Below are positions 62,428 to 64,000 of a stretch of DNA of 64,000 nt, piece by piece. The notes under the pieces were generated by a model that did not search any database, was not told where the DNA came from, and saw only the letters and a program-made list of their open reading frames with translations. The DNA lies in the NCBI GenBank assembly GCA_041691135.1, contig JBEPVF010000006.1, forward strand, positions 1 to 64,000. The letters run 5' to 3'. Positions within the stretch are counted from its first letter, which is position 1. Every line of letters begins with the position of its first letter. A program made the position numbers and the translations under genes. Source of the stretch: Candidatus Peribacteria bacterium (GTDB lineage: Bacteria > Patescibacteriota > Gracilibacteria > Peribacterales > Peribacteraceae).

Positions 62428-63531
62428 CTACTGCCGGCCATTGCCTTGTTTGCGCTGTTGCGAAACCCATTGAAGAGCGTCCACCGTCTCCCTGTTACCT
62501 GGACTCAACGAAAGCGCTTTCTGCAACTCAGCCTTTCCTTCATCCAAATATCCCGCATGGCATTGGGCGAGTCCCAGGTGTTGATGCAGACTTGCCTGCA
62601 ATTCGCAGTTACCGCACATGACAATTGCCTGCCTAAACAAAGCAATTGCTTGCGCCCAATCCTGTTTGAGCATAAGTGAATAAGCGTGATTGGCTGTTTT
62701 TGTAACTTGCTCTAAAGCTTGAGACCTTTCCTGCAAAGTCCGGAATTGCTCCATTAATCGTTTCGATTCCTCTGAATCACGAGTTCGAAGCGCTTGGCCC
62801 AAGTTGTAAATAGCCTCTACATACTCGGGATTGAGAGCGACCGCGCTGCGCCATGCTTCTATCGCCTCGCCTTCCCGCCCTTGGTTCTGAAGGCTCTTGC
62901 CAAGCAGAAAATAAGCATGAAAGTTTTTCGGATCTAGGACAACAACTTTTTTCAACAAGAGCGATTCCTTCGCATCATGGTGGCATTTTGATTCAAAGAT
63001 CGCCCAGAAGAAAAATACTTCAGCATCTTTTGGAGCAAGTAAGGATGCCTCCTGAAACTCTGCGCGGGCGGCTGTTGCCTTGTCCGCATCGGCCAATATG
63101 CGTGCACGATTGAGATGTGCCGCCGCAGACTTCGGATCAATTTTGATAGCTTTGTCTATCTCGGATAGCGCATCCCGCGAATTAGAACTGTCTGCGAGGA
63201 CAATCGCCAAATTCAGATGTGCATCTCCCGATTCCGGAGCTGCCAATACGGCCTTGCGCAGTAGCAGGATTGCTTCTTTCTCTTCCCCCAGACGGGCCTT
63301 TATTTTTCCCAGCAAAGTTAGTGCTTCTGCGTTACCGGGAGCCAGCAAGACCGCTTTTTCCAGTGGAATCTCCGCTTCCGCAAGCCGACCCTTTCTTGCC
63401 AGACCCTCGCCTTCGCGCTGCAGCGCTGCAATATCATCAAAGCGCTTTTGCGGACCTTGAGCGCGCCCAAAGTGACCAAGCAAGCTGGAGCAGCAAATCA
63501 AAGCCGTAAAAACTCTTTTGGAATAGTTCAT
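62428..63531 (-). CDS. Secreted tetratricopeptide repeat protein
   Basis: Multiple TPR repeats (AHLNLA, AYFLLG, AIYNLG); signal peptide. Confidence 0.85.
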   Translation of the reverse strand: MNYSKRVFTALICCSSLLGHFGRAQGPQKRFDDIAALQREGEGLARKGRLAEAEIPLEKAVLLAPGNAEALTLLGKIKARLGEEKEAILLLRKAVLAAPESGDAHLNLAIVLADSSNSRDALSEIDKAIKIDPKSAAAHLNRARILADADKATAARAEFQEASLLAPKDAEVFFFWAIFESKCHHDAKESLLLKKVVVLDPKNFHAYFLLGKSLQNQGREGEAIEAWRSAVALNPEYVEAIYNLGQALRTRDSEESKRLMEQFRTLQERSQALEQVTKTANHAYSLMLKQDWAQAIALFRQAIVMCGNCELQASLHQHLGLAQCHAGYLDEGKAELQKALSLSPGNRETVDALQWVSQQRKQGNGRQ

Positions 63532-64000
63532 AGATGGATTCCCCGATCTGCTAAACGTCAATAATGGACTTCCTTCATGGCTGCCACTAAATATCCTTAC
63601 TCTGCGCAAAAGTAAATGGTATGAACCGCGTAGGAACTGGCCGCCTTAACCACAGGGGGATCCCTCCCCGCCTCAACCTCAATGACAATTTACGGAAGAC
63701 GGACTGGTGAGGCACAACGAGCGCCACGTCGCACTATATTATTAGTGAAAAATTACTGTCAATAGGAAATATTAGTCGATTGCTGTAGCGTTGACTTAGC
63801 GGAACGGAGCAACATTGGAAAAACTCAAACGGCTGTTCGGAGGCAATAAAAGCAGACACGCTTGCATCGCCGCATTGCTTCCAGGAGTAATTGCCTTGTT
63901 CAAATCTGTGTCCCCGATTGTCATAATTCTAGGTTTTTTGATAGCGTTTCCGCTGAAGGGTCAGCTTCCCGCGCCTCCAGCGCCCACACCAACTGGAGGC

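Larger units (their letters stand above)
50093..64000. mobile_element. Decayed genomic island at tRNA-Pro carrying glycan-utilisation genes
   Basis: Visibly lower GC and A/T-ending codons, integrase remnant, pseudogenes and no host REPs; right end not seen. Confidence 0.7.

Noticed and set aside
63610-64000. Possible partial gene at the right edge
   Set aside because: No convincing reading frame or motif within the window.

Overview
High-GC chromosomal segment. Gene content (TIGR03435-type protein, Oar-like TonB-dependent receptors, this integrase N-terminus) suggests a soil Acidobacteriaceae genome; this is an inference. Positions 1-50.1 kb are core-like: galU, mfd, gatB, tldD/pmbA, a UvrC-like protein, rpe, bamD, hemE-hemH-hemY/G, purS, ppa and three tRNAs (Arg-TCT, His-GTG, Pro-TGG). 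From tRNA-Pro (50.1 kb) to the end lies a lower-GC, repeat-free island with a truncated integrase, a broken fucosidase gene, a broken LacI gene and a glycan-utilisation locus. The main observations are: (1) A candidate inositol/phosphoinositide utilisation locus at 27.5-40.6 kb. It is built on a eukaryote-type myo-inositol oxygenase plus an IolB/KduI isomerase, PI-PLC, TonB receptor, transporter and LacI, with a shared GTWACCGCTWAC operator beside two promoters. (2) An origin-type polarity switch at about 18.5-21 kb. GC skew flips from C-rich to G-rich, a perfect parS palindrome lies inside a nuclease-like gene at 17001, and three unrelated palindromic repeat families all invert orientation there, with no dnaA in the window. 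(3) A modular CGTC-type REP family with 17 copies. (4) Several core genes with a -10 box only 6-10 nt before the start codon, suggesting leaderless mRNAs.
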